From Lama glama (taxonomy: Eukaryota): 64,000 bases of DNA. The position numbers and the translations under genes are program-made. The number at the start of each line of letters is the position of its first letter. Position 1 is the first letter of the stretch. The notes beneath the pieces are model-generated. The model worked only from the letters and a program-made list of their open reading frames with translations. It had not been told where the DNA came from and did not search any database. Shown piece after piece: positions 10,442 to 24,989 of this stretch. The DNA lies in the NCBI GenBank assembly GCA_028534125.1, contig CM052816.1, forward strand, positions 56,608,001 to 56,672,000, read 5' to 3'.

Positions 10442-13400
10442 TCATCATGCTTCCATGTGTGTACATTTGAAAAAGAACGTTCCTTAGGGTGAATCTGTTG
10501 ATTTAATCTATAGACAATACTGGGGTAGTACCCACGGAATTGCAAAAAACCTACTCATCAGCCTTCTTCTCTCTGGCCTAGGTATCCCCTTGCATTTTTA
10601 ATTTTCTCTGTGCATCAATTCCTTAAACGTTTTATTGCATCATTTGCTTTCATCACATCACCCCCAGGTGAGGCCTGCACAGCCAAGCTATCCCACAGCC
10701 ATCCACCCCGCTGTCCCTTCACACAGCATGTGCCAGGCAGGCAGCACCTTTCGTGGTTTATCCTTCAGCCTACCGACGGCTGCTCTGCTGGGAATCCAAG
10801 TATTTTCTTCTTCATCCACTTTTTCCAATTCATCTCCATCACCTCAGTTTACTGGTTTCAGTCTCCTTCTCTAATTGATGAAACTTAAGCTGTGTTTAAC
10901 CTTTCCTTTCACAGTACAAGTTCCCCCTTTTCCACTCTCTGCAGAAAGGCTCAGTGGGTCCTTTCCCCAGTTAGACTTCTTGTTATCTGCAGTGACATTT
11001 ACTGGGCTTTTGTAGGCTGCCACTTAATTCTCTCCTCTAGCTGACACCGCATCGTCAGCGTCTCTCTGATCAATTTTAATGCTAAGCCATATGTTCGTAT
11101 TTCCTTCTGAGGCTGTCACAAGAACAAAAAGCCATCAGCACGTTTCACATGATTGCTAGTGTGAAATCGTACCAATGGAAAGTAGTTGATGTCTTCCCCA
11201 AATCCCTGGCCCTTATTTTGTTGATGGTCCTTTTTTTTTCTACACTATTTCCTAACGGCAATGTTTCAGATGCTTTTCAAGGTGTCTTGCTGGTTACAGA
11301 GCTTCTTTTCCATATAATTGTTTTTTTTCTGTTCCAACTGTAATTCTACTCTTGAATTTCCCGCTGTGCAAGAAGGTCATACCGTCAGGATGATGTCTTA
11401 GTTTCCCCCCAATAAAATGAGTGATTAATCTAGCTGTATTTCACATGAACTCGCCTAATGCTTCTGAAACAATTTGGGGTGGAACATTGTCTTTGGCTGA
11501 ATCAGATAAACACAATTGTTTCCTTTAATAGACTTTTTCAATAAAAGATAAAGATTTCATGTAATTTCTGTGTTTTAGATATGAGTTATGTCCTGTAGGT
11601 GTTAAAGAAATGAGTACTTATTAGACTATAAATCATATCAGACTTCTAGAGGAGGTATGACCCTTGCTCTCACCTACCATCTCAGTAGCATCTCACTTAT
11701 ATTACTCGACCTCTGTACATTTGAAATTCTCCCTTCAGGAAGTGAGCTTAATTAGCTGGTGGGCTTAAGAGACCTGGCTGCATGCTTGGTGGGGCTCAGG
11801 CCAGCTGAGTCTGAGCTGCGCTCTGGAGCCCTGCAGTCAGTGTGCTGGACTAATTTATACTCAAGGGTAAAAATTAAGCCTAGTTCTTGGGAGCTGGCCA
11901 GACTATTGCACAGGGTTAAAGCTGGGGATGTGGACAGCAGAGCTGAAATGTGCTGAATGCGTTCGTTCTCTTCATGCTGTGTGGTATGGAAAATGCTTCC
12001 GGGGCCTCTCATCTGCACATTTGTCTCAACTGCACTTATGTGACTTTTTTTTTTAGCAAAAGGTATGTTCATGAAAACAAGGATAAGTGATTGAGTTTGG
12101 GATCCAAATTAATACTTATTTCTCCACTCAGTTACACATGTCAATGGTCTATCAATATTCTATGCATCTTGTTTCTCTATAAGGTTCAGCTTTAACCAAA
12201 ATCGCTAGTGATTAGCTTTCACTATAACCTCATAGTACATCAGATCTCATGTCAACATACTGCATCTCAAAGTAACCGAGCATCCATCCTGAGAGAAGAG
12301 TAGAAGAATTTTCTTCTCTCATTCTTCTCTTAGTCTTTCTTGTGTCCAAATTTCTGATGCCCAATGTCTCCTACAATTTTCTTTTTCTCTCCATGTGCAC
12401 TTGAGTTATAGGAGGGCCCTGCAATGTGTCTTTGTTGGAAAGTCCTACAGATGCCCAAGGAGCATCATTAAGGTCAGGCCCTGTAGATCTGAACCATGAG
12501 GAGGCAGAGTCACATGCACCAGCACGATGCTATGATGTCCCTGTCAAGTGGGGGCACCATGACAGCAGCATTGAGCTTCCTTATCTGACTCCTCAGCTGG
12601 TAGCTTAATGGGCTGGAACCTCTTATCTTATGTAGATCCTTCTGCAACTCTGGACATCTATGGTGACCACTAAGATGGACCAGGAGAGCTGACAATGAAA
12701 ACATCATCCCTGAGGTATGCCCAGCTCCTACATTATGAACTGGTAACCACAGAGGAACAAATCTACACATCTGGGTGAGACAAAGTGTTTGAAATAACAA
12801 AGAGATTATCCTGGTTCTCCATGAGGGGACAAGATACCTACCAAAATATTCCTACTAATTTAACTCATTTGAAAAAAAAATAAAAGTACATCTAAATGAT
12901 GATTTGATTGCTATCCATGATATGTTCTTGAAAAGCATTTTCTGTAACAGAAAAGAAAAAATTGATGAGCACTGTTAAGTCAATAGATATGCTGTGCATA
13001 AGTAGGAATCTCATCGAGCAGCCATGCCTAAGTACACCACTGAGGGGAAGATCATATACTATCAAGGGTGGCGGAGTGAGGGTTTCATTTTCCACCCCTG
13101 GAGATATGGAGAAATAGATGATTAGTTAATTTAAATCCCATGGCTCAGGAATTATATCTGGCCTGGAGTATAGAGTCAATAAATGTCTGTTGAATAAATC
13201 TAGAATGGGGAAGCCAAAAGATGTCATCAATTATGACAGCACATCACAACCACCCGCCTCCTCAGGGACTCACCTCCACACCCAACTTTCTGCCCCGCCC
13301 CAGCATTCTCATTGAGCAGAGACAGCAAGGCCTGCCCCTGAACTGAGTTTTGTACAGTGGAGAGAAGTGGGAATTCCAAAGAACTTTTTGAGGAGCACTA

Positions 13401-14694
13401 GTGGTCAGATTTGAGCACAAGAAAGACGAAGAAGCACAGTGGAGCAGATAGCTGTATCCTCTCACGTCGGCGCTGATGGTGAGTCTCGTCTGCCTCTGTT
13501 TTAGTTGGGGAGAAAGGAGCCTGTGACCGAATGGTGACTCTTGGCATGCCAGGAAAGTGAGGTTTAACAAACTCTGTGCATCAACTTTTGTTTTTTGCTC
13601 TGGGAGCTGCTGAAATCACATGTCAGCTTGACGTAAGTGTCACAAGTCATAACCCAGTGGCAGTGTCATTCTTCCATCATGCAAACTGATTCTAGGATGC
13701 AATTAGTGGTTGTCTTATGAGTTTTGGCAGGACATATGGCATAGTCTTAGCCATTTTACTCAAGTCAAGGTTAGGAAGCAAGGATAAATGACACCTCTCT
13801 GCTCACAACTGTGTTTTTACTTATTTATTCATGGTAATGTTGGGTTTGCATAGCGATTCAGGTGCACTGTCTAACCTCTTCTTTCCTTATAATAAGCAGT
13901 TTACTTATGCAAGGTGGTTGACTTGATTTAAGGGTATTTTCTGTGGCCATAACAGGTGACTGGTCCTGGCCATCCATGATCCTATTATCTGGTCTTCCTT
14001 AGGACAGTGTCTACACCAATCAGAAATGTGGGCCAACAGAATTTATTGCTACCTTGTGTTTATCAGAGATGCCAGAGTAAATATTTAAATATCCCGGTGG
14101 GATGTGTAGCTCCCAGTTCTCAGTGGCTAAGGACAGAACTTGGAAAAATAATTGTTACAGTCAACTCCATAATTCAGTTTTGGTTTCAAGAGCCACCTCT
14201 TTCAATGGCTGAATCAAGAGCTAAAGTGTGGACCAGAGGTGTGGTCCCCTGTGGGTCTCCTGATCTTATGATGACTGGTCTGTAACAAGAAACTGGGACA
14301 TCTGGGATACAGTGTCGGTAAAGAACTTGCATTTGAGAGTTATTCAAACCTTGAATAATCCAAAGTTGCTTTTCCATTAGAAGAACATAGAGCAGAAATG
14401 CTCCCTATCTTTTTAAGAAGGATGCAGTTTTCAGAGAGTGTTGTATTCTACTTCTGTTCTTCAGTTTGGGTCACTTTCAAAGCCTAGAGGGACCAGGTGA
14501 TGTGGCTGCTTGAAGCAGCTCAGGAGGGGGCCATGGCAAACTGGAGAACTTGCTTTCTGAAGAGGTAGCCTGGCTTGCGTTCCCGCTGTGAGGTGGGGGT
14601 TGGGGGTGGCAATTGAGGTCACTGGAGCCAGATTTTCTGCTTGTCCAGAGAAACCAGAAATCTTAGCTTTTGATCACATCAATTGAGTATTGAA

Positions 14695-14800
14695 ATGCTG
14701 GCTGGCAAATAATTCAAAAACATTTTGAATGCTCTCTGGGCCAAATAAAACATGAGTGCAGACTAGAATTGGCCGTGGGCCACAGGCTTGCAGACTCCAC
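14695..14800. mobile_element. hAT-type DNA transposon MITE fragment (MER45/MER58-like)
   Basis: gggccaaataaaaca...gaattggccgtgggccacaggcttgcagactcc resembles a hAT MITE terminus. Confidence 0.4.
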
Positions 14801-17275
14801 CTTAAACACGTCCTTGTGATTTCTGCTGATATCCACACTTCAGTCTTTTTCAGAGTTGCTATAATGTCACTATGCAGCGTGAAAAAAAATGAATTATATT
14901 GTTACCATGGCAGCCTAAGTATTTTCAATAATGAGTAGAGACGATCTGTATTGAAACACTGTTGGCTAATATGGAATTCTATGAGTTAAAAATATAACAG
15001 ATTACTACTTTTTAGGAAAAGGGAGCGATTCTGTTTTAATCCTATCCAGCATAGAATTGGGCTTAGAGACATCTGTGATTTAATAAAGTCAGAAACCTTA
15101 TCCGTCAGCATTTCCCCTTTAATTTTAAGCCCTGTGTACTTCTAAAGGAAATGCAATATATCCATTTCTGGTTCATTTACATTAAATCACTAAAATGTTG
15201 CTTCATATAACCCCTTTTGATGTCTAAGATGCTTTTGGAAGTTGTTCAAAAAATTCTCTCATCCCTTTTCCCCTGTAGTCATATTTCTGACCAAAATAAA
15301 CAAGTTCAAACACCAAAAGATTCTACCTCTAGGCTAGAACCCAAGACTTGCAGATTCTGTAAATTCTACAGAGAGAAAAATGAATGATCCTTTGCCTAAT
15401 TATCACTATCACCATTTATTCCATCCCATAGAAATGGTGAAATAGACTCATGGAGTGAAGAATTCCCAGTTTAACAACTGCAAGACATAAAACCTATCCA
15501 TTTTAAGTATGCCTCTGAGCTGAGGTCAAACCCTTAGATTCTTAAAATAACATGAATGTGGTCATGCAGCTCAAAGCTCCTACTTGCTGTCCCTCTGAAG
15601 GCACACGTAACAAGGGCTGAAAAGACACACCATATGGGAAAGAAGTATGTATTCATGCGATGATTCTTTATGCAAAAAGGACATGCATTGCTTTACATTC
15701 ACATTCAAACAGACAGAATCCATCTCTGAGAGAGAGGAGCTATCCCCACATTACCAAGAGCTGTCACTTAGAATAAAATTTTGATTAATATCATGTGCAA
15801 ATTGAATACTGACTCAGTTCCGTTCCTTCCAACAGGAAATGCAGAGCTGTAGGGATCCAGGCAGAGAACATATGTAAACTCTAGGGAATGGACAATGATG
15901 AAATGACCCAAAACATGATTATTCCTTGCTACTTCCTGAAATCTGTTCCTCAAATCCCCAAACTAACAGTTCTCTGAATTTATCGTTCACCAAAGTGTTC
16001 AAGCCTTTTCAGACCACTCGCCCAGCTCCCCAGAAGTGTGGAAGGGAGGGATTTTAAAGATGTGTACAAGTGGGTCAGCCAAGGTTCATGCCTTGAGATC
16101 TTCCAGATATTTATTAGGAGTTCATGGGAGGGGGCGTTCATTTCTATAGACACAGGCTGGATCGCCCAAAATGTAAAGTGCAGGTACTTGTAAGTCTGTG
16201 GCTAGACTGAGATGAGCTTGTCTGCTGATGGCTGGATTGTTCAAATGTAGCCTGTCTAATTTACTCAGAGGCCACCAAGGAAAGCATCAGGGCAAGTGGG
16301 AGGCCTGCCGGGAAGTTTGAAATAGGAGAGACTTTGCCAGGCTAGCGAGGCAATAGGCAGGTCATCCCAGGGTCTCCATCAGGAGCGAGCTCTCCTGACC
16401 AAAGGGAAGCTGGGCGCTCACCCAAGAGAGAGGGGCTGCTCTGAGCACAGCTCCCATCTCTGCCTCCAAGGGGGAGGCCCACTCTAGGGGAGCTTGTGAA
16501 AGAAGCATGTGTACCTTCACCCAATCACACTTGTTTCTCTGGGCTTTACCGGGGCCCAATCTGCTTAGAAAGACTCCGTCAGAGAATTAGCAAGTGTTGA
16601 TTTACTACTGGGTGTGTACAGCATGATGCTAGGTGCCAGAGCACTACAGGGCGGCCCAATCAGTGATGTTTTCTTCTTTCTCCCTGCCACCCCCTGTCCT
16701 GGGGCACAGATGTCTCGCCATAGGTAAAAGAAGACAGAAGAAAAACAGCAACAGCCTCAAAAAACAAATGTGAGCTCCTTTCTCTTCCAGACTGTCCTGT
16801 TTGTGGCCTCCCCCAAGTCAGAGATACACACATTTCTTGGAGGAGAATTTAAATTGTTACAAGAAGGGAAAAAGAGACAGAAATATTTGATGTTTATCTT
16901 TTAAAGTTTCCAAATAGGCTCTTTTCCCCTTCTTCTTAAGCTGAGGTATCACATCCCTACAGTAAGTGCACTCATCTCAAGAACATAATTCAGTGGATTT
17001 TTACAAGTGTATATATGCACGGAACCACCACCCAGATCAAGACATAAACATTCCCACAGACTCCAGAAGGCTCCCTGGCCCCTTCCCAGTCAACACCCAC
17101 CCACTCTCCAGAGGTAACTTCTATATTACTTTCCATCACCATTGATCTGTTTGCCTGTTCCTGAACTTCATATAAATGCAGTCTTAGAGTATCTACTCTT
17201 TTTCTTGGCTTCTTTCACTCAACATAGTGTCTCTGACATTTACCTCTGTTTTTTGATAGAGCAGTTCATTCTTTT

Positions 17276-17497
17276 TTTTTTAATTGAAGTACAGTTGGTT
17301 TACAATGTTGTGATAATTTCTAGTGTACAGCATAGTGATTTAGTTATAAATATATATATTTCTTTTCATATTCTTTTTCATTCTAGGTTATTATAAGGTA
17401 TTGAATATAGTTCCCTATGCTATACCATAGGACCTTTCTGTTTATTTTACATGGTAGTTAGTATCTGCAAATCCTGAACTCCCAATTTATCCCTCCC
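17276..17497 (-). mobile_element. Younger 5'-truncated L1 3' end nested in the older L1
   Basis: Poly(T) followed by aattgaagtacagttggtttacaatgttg...gaatatagttccctatgctata; TSD tcattctttt at 17266-17275 and 17498-17507. Confidence 0.88.
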
Positions 17498-17584
17498 TCA
17501 TTCTTTTCTTAAATAAAATCCATTTCTAGTTCACTTACATTAAATCATTGAAATGTTTTATATGCCCATTTGAAATCTTGTGAT

Positions 17585-17618
<34 letters not shown>

Positions 17619-17622
17619 TATA
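17585..17622. repeat. (TA)n(CA)n microsatellite
   Basis: tatata...tacacacacatata seen directly. Confidence 0.95.
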
Positions 17623-19269
17623 TCTCTATTTATCCATTTTGTTGTTGATGGTATTTGAGTTATTTCCAGTTTTTGACTATTATGAATAAAGCTTCTATGG
17701 GCTTTCCTTGTGAATGTTTTTGCTGGATGTAAACATTTACTTCCCTTGGATATGAATCTAGGAAAACAACATGTGCTTGACTTAACTAGATAACACCGAC
17801 CAGTAGTTTCCAAAGTGCTCACACCATTTTATACTCCCAGCAGCAATGCGTGAGAGTTCCACCTGCTCACACCCTTGCCAACACTTGGTTTTGTCCATCT
17901 TTTTAGGATTTTAGTATTCTGGCAAGTGTGTGATGGTATTTCATTGTGGTTTTAATTTGTATTATCCTGATGACTAGTATATTGAAGACTTTTTCATATA
18001 GTCACTGGCCCTTTATATATTCTCTTTCCTGTAGTGCCTGCTCAAGACTCTCTCTCTCTCTCTCTCTGTATATTTAAATTTAGTTAAATTTATTGCTTCA
18101 TAGGAATTCTTTATATATCATGAATGTCGGTCTTTTATCAATCACGTATATTGTACATGTCTTCTTCCAGGCTGTGGTTTACCTTTGCAATCTCTTACTG
18201 GTGCCTTTTCATGACATAAGTTCTAATCTTAATGAAGTCCAATTTTTTAGCTTTTTCTCTTGTGGTTAGTCCATTTTGTGTCCTTATTTTTAAAACCTGT
18301 TGCTTATGTCAAGGTCATGAAGCTACTCTCCTTTGTTTTCTTTTAGAATATTTATTCAGTTGTTTCATGCTTAAAGCTACTGTCAACCCTAAGTGAATAT
18401 TTTGGAGTGAGGTAGGGGTCAAGGTTAATTTTTTCATATAGGCATCTAATTATCTCAACACGACTTATGAAATATAAGATCATCTTTTCCTCATTGTGCC
18501 TGTGTCATAAATCAAGTGACTATATATCTATGTGTCTGTTTTTGGAAATATTTTTAGAGAGAAATATTGGATGCATAGGTTTTGACTTCCAAAGTGAGCT
18601 CTTGCAGTCCATACCAGAAACAATTGTTCTGAAAGCCAACATTTTTTATTTGTTAGAGCAGGTTTGGTCAAGAGAGGAAACGCCCTTGAGAACTGAAAGG
18701 AAAGTGGCATTGTGTTAGCTTGGAATCAGAGAGAAGATAGAGACCTTGGCTAATGACTCCTATCTGGGGAGGAGAGTGGGATGGAGCATATGCACCAGAA
18801 GACTGGGTTCAGGTGGAAGCACCTTGTAGAGAGGAGAGAATCAGCATTAAGAGAGAATCAGCACAAATGGCACAGAGATCAGGGGCTTGTTTCTAGATCT
18901 CCATTCCAGGGACTACGACCCATCACTGGGGCTGAGAAGCCACATGTGTGGTGCACAGTGCAAGGGCTTTCTCCTGACAGCTGCTTGCAAATCAGCCACA
19001 TATTCACCATCCAACACAAGACACATCCTGAACTCCAAGGTTCCCGAGACTCAGGCAGACATCCTCCTTTATATGGGACCAACTGCCTGAAAGCAATACG
19101 CTCAAACAGCCTCTGTGGGGGTTTTAATGCCATTAAGATGGTGACAAGGAAAAACTTTCCACTCTTTTACATGGGTGGGACTAGACAGTGGTGACACTGC
19201 TCTCCTTTAAACAATATTTAGCTTCCTGGACCTGAAGACGAGAATCATCCCCATCATTAGGCATTTGAC

Positions 19270-19735
19270 AAGTCAATGCGAAGAGTGTTATATAGTCCTT
19301 ATTGTACCCAGCAACATCCTTGCCCTTCTAAGCTTGCTCCCATATCAGAGTTAGAAGCCTAGAAACTACATTTCCCAGACTCCTTTGCCATCAGGGTTCT
19401 TGTTCAGATGCAGCCAATGAAAGGCACTGATATGAGATTTCCATGGTGGAAGAGAATCAGCCATCTCTTCCCTCCTGAAGCTGTAGGCAAACTATGGAAA
19501 GAGGTGAGGGAGGTTTGCAGTGGATTCCCGGTGAATTCCTGTGACATGCCCATTTTCTGAAGAGGCTGCTAGAGGCAATTTGTGATCTCCTGAAAGCAGC
19601 CGAGGATCCCTGTGACTTTCACACCTTCAGCCCTTCCGATAGTTTTAGAGGCACGTATTTCCTACTATTAAATCCCTTCCTGCTAAAATGTTTAGAATGA
19701 TTTTCTGATTTTCTGACCAAACTCTGATTGATTTA
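19270..19735 (+). mobile_element. ERVL LTR, LTR33-like
   Basis: agaaactacatttcccagactcctttgc; 3' attaaatcccttcctgctaaaat...ctgaccaaactctgattgat. Confidence 0.7.
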
Positions 19736-19989
19736 GGTGGCCACCTTCTTAAAGAAGGTTCTGTAAATAGTAAGTGGATCCAATCCATTATTCAACTTAC
19801 GACAATTAAATTTTACACACTTGAGGAGTACATCTCCGGAGTGAAGGGCTGTACATCCCTTTGTCTACTTGAGTCTTTCTGTTGGTGGCCATTTCTTCAT
19901 TACACCCAATTCCATTTCTCCTGCGCTAGCATCAAGTCAGTACTCAACAGATACTGACTGAACAGATCAATAAAAACTGAGGCAACTTG

Positions 19990-20200
19990 ATATAGTAGAG
20001 AAAGTATGAAATTCAGAGTCAAAAGGATTTGAAGTTTCGACTCTGTACTTACACACTCTGTGGTCTTAGACAAGCCATTGAAACTCTCTGAGTTTCCTCT
20101 GTTGGATGTAACCACCACCTCTGCTTTTGTCTGTTTCACAGGGTTTAGTGAAATAGTGAATGCCCTGCCTTTAAACCAAGGTGTTTAACACATGCTTGCT
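19990..20200 (+). mobile_element. MIR SINE (degenerate)
   Basis: ctgtggtcttagacaagccattgaaactctctgagtttcctc core. Confidence 0.55.
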
Positions 20201-20294
20201 ATTGTTAATAAAGACCTCTCTTAGAAATGATAGAATTTCCATCATGATATGGATCACTGCTGTGGAGTGAACATCTTTTCAGTAATAAAAATTA

Positions 20295-20532
20295 TAATAA
20301 GGTAGCATTTATTACACAGGTCAAGCAGTATTCTAAGTTCCTTACATCTATTAATTTATTTGATTTTCTTAATTATCCTCTGAGATAAGCACTATTATTA
20401 CAATATATATGATGAAAAAGTTGAGACACAGAGAGGTTAAGTAATTCTCAATTTTCACACAGCCTGTAAAATGGTGGAGACAGGATTGGAACGCAGAAAT
20501 CCTGGCGACAGAGTCTGTGCTTTCAGCCACTA
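20295..20532 (-). mobile_element. MIR SINE, near full length
   Basis: ttgagacacagagaggttaagtaa ... aggattggaacgcagaaatcctggcgacagagtctgtgctttcagccac. Confidence 0.85.
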
Positions 20533-23500
20533 AGAGAAACTTGGAAGTTGGAAGAATACTATAAAAAGAAAACTTAAGATAGTTCAGCTGCCCCCTAATA
20601 TGTTCCATTCAACAAGAAGACAAAGAGCCAGCCAGTGTCAGCTGTCTGTCCACATTCTCGCTCTTGACATTGGCTTGGAAAGAGACCGTGGAAACAGGCC
20701 GTAAGCAGCAGCAGCAGCTGCAGCCTCCCACTTGGGGGTAAACGGGTGGGAGAAGCAAAGCATGGTCTGGAGAAGATCAGAAAGCACAGAATGTGCTCAG
20801 GCCCAGCCAGCTACCGTGCCCAGTGTAAGCCAGGCTGTGAGCAAAACCCCCAGGTGGACGTGGCAGCAGCTGCGCTTGGTGATGTCATCTGCATTCTCAG
20901 TGCCCATTTGCACGTGGCCATGCTGGCTGGAAACACTGCATCACATCCATCAGAGGTACCATGCCCGCATCCTGCTCCCCTGGGCTGCTGGGAATGAGAG
21001 AGCAATAACTTTAGACCATTGACCTTATTCTGAAATGGCATGTGGTGCTGGACTCCTTGCCCATTCATCCCAGCCAACAGAGATGGTAGCTTCCTTCCAT
21101 CACGCTTTGTCCTGAAGCCACCATGGCATCTGCTTGTCCATTGGTTTTGCTGCTTCCCACAGAAAATAAGAGAAATGGAAACACTTCCAGCTCAGTGCTA
21201 GGGAAAAGAAAAAAAAAATCTCTTTAAAAAAGGCTCCAGTTCTGGAAAAAAAATTTAAAGGTTCCCAATCCTTTGAAAACTTTTCATATAGTAACTGAAA
21301 TTACAAAATAGAATGATTGATGGAAATGGACAAGTCCAGAAACAGACCAGGATTTTCTTTGGGAAAAAAAGAAATGAGTGAATTTGGTTTCAGATCTTGT
21401 GTTTCAGATAAAGGGGGAAAGGACTAGGTGTGGCTCTGGAGAGCTGCATATCCAGGTTCAGCAGAAGTCAGAGCTGGAGCTAGAAATCACAGCATCATTT
21501 TCATATAGGTGACAGTTGAAACCAAAGGCAAAGATAAAATCTGGTTGGCAACACTGTAGCTAGCAAAACCAAAGAATCCAAAACACAGTCTAGGTAACTC
21601 TTTTCCTGGCTTCTTAAGTATTCTAGAAAAACTTTCTTTAGGGGGAGAGATGGGGCAGAGGTGGCGCTCAAAGACTTCAACCTAATTATTTTTCTACAGT
21701 TCTCTTGGAACTGCTCTCTAAATAAAGAGTTGGGAAATTGGAGAAAACTTGGAATTAAGAGTCTTTAGAAAAATACATAAAGACATATTATTATGTTACA
21801 TATGTTAATCACTCTGGCTTTGGGGTTATTTGTATTAAATAAATAATCTCACATCCAAGTGCTTGTCATTCCTGATCATTTTCAGTTTTAAAAATTCTTA
21901 TCTCAATTGAAAATATGCACCTGAATTTTTCAAAATATTATTCCAACCCTCTTGGGTTTTTCTATTAGTGCTCCTAGGTTAGAAGTTTATAAATAGATGA
22001 ACTTAGGAAGTGCATGACCTCACTGATGTAGACTAATTGAAGAAAATGCTCAAATAAATTCATAAATAACAAGAGTCCAGCCTAGTGAAAAATTGAGATT
22101 ACTAAATATGTATTTGATTGTGGGATTTGCTAGATATTTCTCCCTCCAGAAATGATAGATGTTTCTGGAACATGCAACATGGCATCTAGGTATGACATCT
22201 TCCCATCCCTGCTACCCTGGGGGCGTTTGCTCATTCCTCGAAGAGCAGGAGCTGGGTGTGTGAACTGACAGGTGTTGCAATAAACCTCATATGAATCCAG
22301 GGCGCCAGGAACCGTGCTGTGGGGCACCCCTCCACCCCATCCGAAGGGGACATGCTGGGAGAGAATGTTTTCCTTTCTAACTTACAGGAGACTGTGAATT
22401 TATAGGAGACTGTGGTGAGTGATAGCACTGGTGGCGGCCAGGGTGAATTAGCCGAACCTGGGCCAGGCAGAGGTCTTCTGGAAAGGGTCCAGGTCAAAGA
22501 CAGGAATGTGGCTTTGAGGGGCAGGGTCTGCAGGCCACCGCAGCTGCAAACAGCACAGGCCAAGGCCAGGTGGCAGAGGTCAGGGCGGCGGGTGGCAGGC
22601 GCCCTGGGAGGCTGAGTGTGGAGAGCAGAGGCAGTGAGAGCAATGCCCTGTGCCCCTAAGCTGACTCACAGATGGATGTAAGTCACTCTGTGAGAAGTTC
22701 CATATATCCGTGGGGGGACCACGGAAGGTCCCATGTGAACAGTACGAGTTTGGGGTTTCCGAGACACGGGCAGCAGCAGTCACAGCATTTCATTTGAATC
22801 CATGGGCTGGTACGCTGATGATGTTTGAGATGCAGATGGAGATTGCCGAACAGTGGGAAAGCAACTGGTTCGTTATTCGAGCTACACATATAAATACACA
22901 CAGGTCCATAAAGCATGGCCTGGTGGAATAGGAATGATGCGTGCACAACTAATTTTAAATTACTGAAGTATTCATGGATACTTTTAAGATGCTCAAACAC
23001 AGTTTGTCCTCGGGCATTTTAACATTTAAACCCACTTTCCTTGCCTCCCTCTAATCTTATTTACACTGTTAATTTGCTTAGCAAATATTCTCTAGCTAAT
23101 GTCACATTTGTAAGTGCCCCTGGCTTACGTAACAGTGGGGACTCCAGCTCTGCTCCAGGGTAAACACCAGACATCTGGAGCCCAGCAGGAACAAGGCCAT
23201 CTGGCCCCATGGAGGTCGCAGTTTCTCAGAAGGGACAGAACGTCTGTGTGACAGAGACTAGCAAAGCACTTGGCTAAAGGAGGACACAGCCCAGAATGGG
23301 ACCGTCCTGAGCATCCAAGAGCCTTTAATCTCTCATTCTCAACCCTGAGCATACATCAGAGTCACTGTGGAGCAGTCATGTGGCTGGTCCTGTGACAGGA
23401 ACCCTGTGACAATCCTGCTCGATCAGCTGCAGAGTTACAATGCTTCCTCCCTCTGTGAACACGCAGCCTTGGAAACCCGCCGTCAGGAGCTCATGCGACT

Positions 23501-24189
23501 GTGAGCTTGGACCATTCTATGCCCTCTAGATCACTTACATCTGGTGGAAGAAGGGGAGAGAGTGAAGTCATCACTCTATACGTCTTACTCGACCTCATGA
23601 TAATTCTGGCATGCTGGCTACTTTGTAACACTTCCATTTCTGAAAAGAGGCAGTGCCTCTCTGTGCCAAATGGAAGGGAAGGGCTACAATTGGCTGTCAC
23701 CTCTGTCCGTCATCCTCCTAAGCGGTAATGGAGGCTGGTCACATTGCAGAGAGAGCAACTGTTCTGAGCCTGTGTCCACAGAGCATGACTTTCAATGACC
23801 TACTTCTCTGAGAACCTCTTCAGAGGGGAGGATTTCTGCAGATCTGCTCGGACCTTTGAAATTATTTGGGACAAGCTGTCTCACCAGCAGAAGACTGAGC
23901 AATTCTACTGAATAATCTCTTGAGTAGAAATGTGATTTAAAAGAGTTTCTTGAAAATCCCTTCAGCCTGATCCCTTTTCTTGGAGTTCTTAATCTTTCCA
24001 CCTGCTACCTAATAAGATTCTATGAGTACATTTGGGGTCTGGCAGGGAGCAGGGTGTATCTCTAATTTTTGGCCAAATGTTCCTTTATAACAGGTCCCAC
24101 TCTTGTTCCAGTAAGTCTGGAATATTTTTGCCCTAAGATGCGCAAGTGCTGTTAGAGAATCAACATGCTGTGTTCTGGATTTGAAAGTG

Positions 24190-24330
24190 TCTGAAGCACT
24201 TTGTGTTAACTACCATGTTAGTCTGTCACCCGAGTATCTAGTTTAAACTCTCAACAGCCTCATTTTACCAGCTCAGAAATTGAGACTCAGAGTAGTTTGC
24301 AACCTGCTCAAGGTCACACAACCGGAAGGC
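24190..24330 (-). mobile_element. MIR SINE fragment
   Basis: ctcattttaccagctcagaaattgagactcagag...ctgctcaaggtcacac. Confidence 0.65.
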
Positions 24331-24989
24331 GTCTAGCTGTGCACCTCCTGAGGACAGGCCACAACCCCCTTAACCGCCTCGCTCAGTGGTATCCACTTAC
24401 TAGCCAGCTCTCCTCCTGCTGCACCTGCTGTGTACTGAGCGACTGATGGCTTGTTTCAAACACAGTGCTGCTGGGCATCCCCAAAACACTTGCCCTTTTC
24501 ATTCTTAGAGAAATCCTCCATGGGGATTACTAGCCCCATTCTAAGGGTGAGAAAAGTGAAGCAAAGCTACATCCCACTTCCCTGGTGGGAAGGGGACAGC
24601 TACAAAAAGTCCTCCTCATCTAGGAAGAGTAAACGACTTGCCCAAGGCTATTCAGAATCATTGCTCTCCGCGGACCAACCAGAAGAAGGCATCCTGTTTG
24701 GCAGACCAATCAGAAAACAGCCCCTCCTCCTCAGGTGAACACTGAGCTTGGTGAGAGGAACAGGGACTTGGGTTCCCTTTGGCCCAGCACCTTTGTGCAC
24801 AGCTGTAGGCAGAGGCCCCGAGAAAGGTCATTTTCCTCTGATCCTCTCATCATAGTCTGCATAGTCCCAACTTCCAAAAATAATTGTACTTTTCTCCCCT
24901 TCTCTGAGGGTCACTGTAGGATCAGATAATATATAACCAAAAATTACGACGCAAATCTACTTTTATTTACATGTGCTGATGTTCATAAT

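Larger units (their letters stand above)
16935..18540 (-). mobile_element. Old L1 (L1MB/MC-like), interrupted by a younger L1
   Basis: Antisense L1 motifs throughout (accaccacccagatcaagacata, cattttatactcccagcagcaatg, tggtatttcattgtggttttaatttg). Confidence 0.85.

Noticed and set aside
10560..11520. Purine-rich minus-strand stretch suggesting a decayed retroviral gag
   Set aside because: Only isolated short motif resemblances with the wrong spacing; cannot be supported without a profile search.
19365..19380. ZNF143-like motif ACTACATTTCCCAGA
   Set aside because: Part of the LTR33-like repeat consensus; no independent promoter evidence.
22683..23000. ORF with Cys cluster CCDCCCPC
   Set aside because: No recognisable family, no convincing exon boundaries, and overlapping ORFs of similar length in other frames.
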